From: an uncultured Eubacteriales bacterium
Lineage (GTDB): Bacteria; Bacillota; Clostridia; Oscillospirales; JAKOTC01
Length of the DNA stretch: 20,146 bases
Reading direction: 5' to 3'
NCBI GenBank assembly: GCA_964612155.1
Contig: CAZTDA010000004.1
Location: 1 to 20,146, forward strand
The position numbers were made by a program, and so were the translations under genes. This document shows positions 17,560-20,146 of this stretch, one piece after another (the stretch's first letter is position 1; each line of letters starts with the position of its first letter). The notes beneath the pieces were generated by a model that made no database searches, was not told the origin of the DNA, and worked only from the letters and a program-made list of their open reading frames with translations.

Positions 17560-18576
17560 ATGTGGACCGAAGCACTGCTCGACCAAAAACTCACAACCCC
17601 TTCCCCGCGTCTGTTGAATGATATTTCAAAAATCATCGGGGACATCATGATTCTCGGTGCCGGAGGAAAGATGGGTCCTACATTGGCCTTGCTTGCCAAA
17701 AAGGCGGTTGAAGCCACCGGCTGCTCAAAGCGGGTCATCGCGGTTTCCCGTTTCACAGACCCCATCGTCGTCAAACTGATGCACGACAACCAAATCGAGA
17801 CGATTTCCGCTGATTTATTAGAACCCGGCATTTTATATACGCTGCCCGATGTTGAAAATATCATCTATATGGCAGGTCGGAAGTTCGGAACAAACGGTCA
17901 GGAGGCGCAGACCTGGGCGATGAACGCGTGGCTTCCGGCGCTGACAGCGGAGCGCTTCAAAAAATCCAAAATCGTCGTTTTTTCTTCGGGAAATATCTAT
18001 CCCATGGTTCCGATCGCTTCGGGCGGCGCGCCGGAAACCGTTTCCCCGCAGCCCGTCGGTGAATATGCCATGTCCTGTCTGGCGCGTGAACGCATGTTTG
18101 AATACGGGTCGGTTACTTACGGCACGCCCGTCTTTTTATATCGATTGAATTATGCCGTTGATTTACGGTACGGCGTACTCTATGATATCGCCGCACAACT
18201 CCTCGAGGGAAAACCGATTCCGCTTTCGACACCGTGTTTTAACTGCATCTGGCAGGGCGACGCAAACGAAATGGCGCTTCGCGCACTGCTGCACACCGGC
18301 AGCCCCGCGCTCAAAATGAATATCACAGGTCCCGAGACGATCACCGTTCGGCATGCCGCCGAAAAACTCGGAAAACTGCTCTCCAAGACCCCTGTTTTCG
18401 AAGGCGCAGAATCCGATGTCGCACTCCTCAGCAATTCGTCCCTTGCAATAAAGACATTCGGAGCTCCTACGGTGAGTGTCGATGAGCTGATAGAGTGGCA
18501 GGCGGAGTGGATTTCGGACGGCGGCAGGTCGCTCGGGAAACCGACGCACTTTGAAGAGCGGAAGGGGAAATATTAA
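17560..18576 (+). CDS. NAD(P)-binding Rossmann-fold protein (epimerase/dehydratase or NmrA-like extended SDR), 338 aa
   Basis: It has a GxxGxxG motif (ILGAGGKMGP) near the N-terminus. The length is typical of extended SDRs. The ribosome-binding site is AAAAGGAG. Confidence 0.6.
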   Translation: MWTEALLDQKLTTPSPRLLNDISKIIGDIMILGAGGKMGPTLALLAKKAVEATGCSKRVIAVSRFTDPIVVKLMHDNQIETISADLLEPGILYTLPDVENIIYMAGRKFGTNGQEAQTWAMNAWLPALTAERFKKSKIVVFSSGNIYPMVPIASGGAPETVSPQPVGEYAMSCLARERMFEYGSVTYGTPVFLYRLNYAVDLRYGVLYDIAAQLLEGKPIPLSTPCFNCIWQGDANEMALRALLHTGSPALKMNITGPETITVRHAAEKLGKLLSKTPVFEGAESDVALLSNSSLAIKTFGAPTVSVDELIEWQAEWISDGGRSLGKPTHFEERKGKY

Positions 18577-19637
18577 TGGACAGGCATGAACGCGCTTTAT
18601 TAAAACTCTCCCAAGGCACCGTGATTCCGGCCACCCCGCTGGCATTGAATAAAGACCGAAAACTCGATGAAAAAAGGCAGCGGCTTTTAAACCGTTATTA
18701 TCTGGCGGCGGGCGCAGGCGGATTGGCTGTCGCCGTTCACACGACCCAATTTGCCATCCGAAAGCCCGAAATCAATTTGTTTGAACCGGTTTTGCGGATT
18801 GCTTCAGAAGAAATCGAGGCCTATGAGCGCCAAACCGGCGAGGTCATCGTCAAAATTGCGGGCGTCTGCGGACCGACCGAACAAGCGGTCAAAGAAGCCG
18901 AGACCGCTTTAAAATACGGGTATGACGCGGTGCTGCTGAGCCCCGGCGGACTAAGCGACCTCACCGAAGAGGAGTTGCTTTCGCGCACCAAAGCGGTTGC
19001 AAAACTCATACCGGTCATCGGATTTTATCTCCAGCCCTCGGTGGGCGGCAGAGTTTTTTCTTTTAACTATTGGAGATCGCTCTGCGAAATTGAAAACGTG
19101 GTCGCAATCAAGAGCGCCCCGTTTAACCGATATCAGACATTTGATGTCGTCCGAGCGGCGGCAATGTCTCAAAGAGCCGATCAAATTGCCCTCTACACCG
19201 GCAACGACGACAACATTGTCATCGATCTGCTGACGAAATATCAATTCACCGACGGCGGAAAAACGGTTGAAAAACGGTTTGTCGGAGGACTGCTCGGTCA
19301 CTGGTCGGTTTGGACGCACACAGCGGTCAAGTTGTTTGAAAGAATCAAAACAGCGACGGCGAAAGACGAAATCCCAACCGAACTTTTAACCCTTGCCGCC
19401 GAGATAACCGATACCAACGCCGCTTTTTTCGATACGGCTCACGGCTTCAAGGGCTGCATTGCCGGACTGCATGAGGTTTTAAGACGGCAGGGACTGTTGG
19501 AAGGCATCTGGTGCTTGGATGAACACGAAACCCTATCCCCCGGGCAGTCAGAGGAAATCGACCGCGTCTATCGCATGTATCCCCACCTAAACGACGACGA
19601 TTTTGTCTCTGGCAACATCCAACGCTGGATGAAATAA
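18576..19637 (+). CDS. DapA/NanA-family class I aldolase (dihydrodipicolinate synthase-like TIM barrel), 353 aa. It is translationally coupled to the upstream gene through a TAATG overlap.
   Basis: It contains TPL...GAGGLAVAVHTTQ, a Schiff-base-type Lys context (VVAIKSAPFN), and FYLQP (the Tyr motif). Confidence 0.65.
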   Translation: MDRHERALLKLSQGTVIPATPLALNKDRKLDEKRQRLLNRYYLAAGAGGLAVAVHTTQFAIRKPEINLFEPVLRIASEEIEAYERQTGEVIVKIAGVCGPTEQAVKEAETALKYGYDAVLLSPGGLSDLTEEELLSRTKAVAKLIPVIGFYLQPSVGGRVFSFNYWRSLCEIENVVAIKSAPFNRYQTFDVVRAAAMSQRADQIALYTGNDDNIVIDLLTKYQFTDGGKTVEKRFVGGLLGHWSVWTHTAVKLFERIKTATAKDEIPTELLTLAAEITDTNAAFFDTAHGFKGCIAGLHEVLRRQGLLEGIWCLDEHETLSPGQSEEIDRVYRMYPHLNDDDFVSGNIQRWMK

Positions 19638-19701
19638 GTATCGAAGGTCCTCTTCTCGGAGAACCGGAGTATCTGGATATCGACTAAAAACATATTCAAA
19701 A

Positions 19702-19728
19702 GCGGGGCTTTGACCCTGCTTTTATTTT
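19702..19728 (+). terminator. Rho-independent terminator. The stem is GCGGGG-CTTTGA-CCCTGC, followed by TTTTATTTT.
   Basis: Hairpin plus T-run about 65 nt after the DapA-like stop. Confidence 0.55.
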
Positions 19729-19729
19729 G

Positions 19730-19758
19730 TTGAATTTTGGAATTTCCTGTAGTATAAT
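19730..19758 (+). promoter_or_regulatory. Sigma-A promoter. The -35 is TTGAAT (19730-19735). A 17-nt spacer follows. The -10 is TATAAT (19753-19758).
   Basis: Consensus hexamers lie at the onset of the AT-rich block. A GTGAGG ribosome-binding site and the ATG at 19797 follow. Confidence 0.5.
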
Positions 19759-19796
19759 AAGTAATGGGTTTTAGCATAGAAAGTGAGGTTTTTACT

Positions 19797-20146
19797 ATGG
19801 AATCATTAACAGATAAAGAAATATTTAAAGCGAGTGATGCCATAGAAAAAGCCTTATCATCAATTAATAAAACCAATAGAGGAGAAGTTGCAGTTAGAAT
19901 CTTATCGGTTGTGCGAAACCTTAATGACCATGTAGCTGATAAAGTGTGGAAAGAATTGCGTCCAAAACAACCAATGGGGCTTCAAAAAGTAGCAGAACAA
20001 ATGGTGAGTGTGAGCCCTTACCAGTTCATCGCTCAATTTGACAAATTTTTAAGAAAATCCGTTTCGCATTTTACTCCTTCAGAAGAAGGCGCAGAACGTT
20101 TATTAATCAAGTACTATCGTTATATTTTAGAATTAAAGAAGCTAAT
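19797..20146 (+). CDS. Partial CDS running off the window end (116 or more aa) in very AT-rich DNA. It contains an Rx4H (VRNLNDH) HEPN-like motif.
   Basis: The frame is open from the ATG at 19797 to the window end. The ribosome-binding site and promoter are good. GC is about 28-33 %, against about 50 % for the rest of the window. Confidence 0.55.
   Translation, partial: MESLTDKEIFKASDAIEKALSSINKTNRGEVAVRILSVVRNLNDHVADKVWKELRPKQPMGLQKVAEQMVSVSPYQFIAQFDKFLRKSVSHFTPSEEGAERLLIKYYRYILELKKL

Noticed and set aside
1-20146. CRISPR arrays, tandem repeats, transposases, integrases, tRNA or rRNA genes
   Set aside because: I looked for short regularly spaced direct repeats and for recombinase or transposase motifs in all long ORFs. 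None were found. The only direct repeat is the 2-copy 27-mer.

Overview
This is a bacterial chromosomal window of roughly 50 % GC. Sigma-A-type -35/-10 promoters and AGGAGG-like ribosome-binding sites suggest a Firmicutes/Clostridia-like host. It is densely coding, with about 16 protein genes and no rRNA, tRNA, CRISPR, transposase or integrase.

Genes, left to right:
- Minus-strand housekeeping block: queG-like epoxyqueuosine reductase, a small hypothetical gene interrupted by an in-frame TAA, and the Tex transcription accessory protein.
- Plus-strand flavin-reductase-domain protein.
- GC-rich two-gene unit: an isochorismatase-like hydrolase and a 603-aa beta-propeller protein.
- Two divergently transcribed amidohydrolase-2 genes with a 15-bp perfect hairpin between them.
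- Monocistronic flotillin-like SPFH protein.
- Minus-strand heparinase-II/III-like protein.
- Tightly packed five-gene plus-strand operon: COG0523 GTPase, group-II cysteine desulfurase, RnfB-type [4Fe-4S]-domain protein, Rossmann NAD-binding protein, and DapA-family aldolase. I could not assign this combination to any pathway I know, and it is the main candidate for a novel system.
- From about 19735 the sequence becomes very AT-rich (about 28-33 % GC) and starts a gene with a HEPN-like Rx4H motif. It runs off the window end and looks like the edge of a horizontally acquired, possibly defence, island.

Other observations: a 27-bp exact direct repeat at 1-27 and 5870-5896, two unusually long perfect hairpins, and several start-codon oddities. 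All functional calls come from motifs recognised by eye in the translated ORFs. No database search was run. Coordinates of non-CDS features may be off by 1-2 nt.
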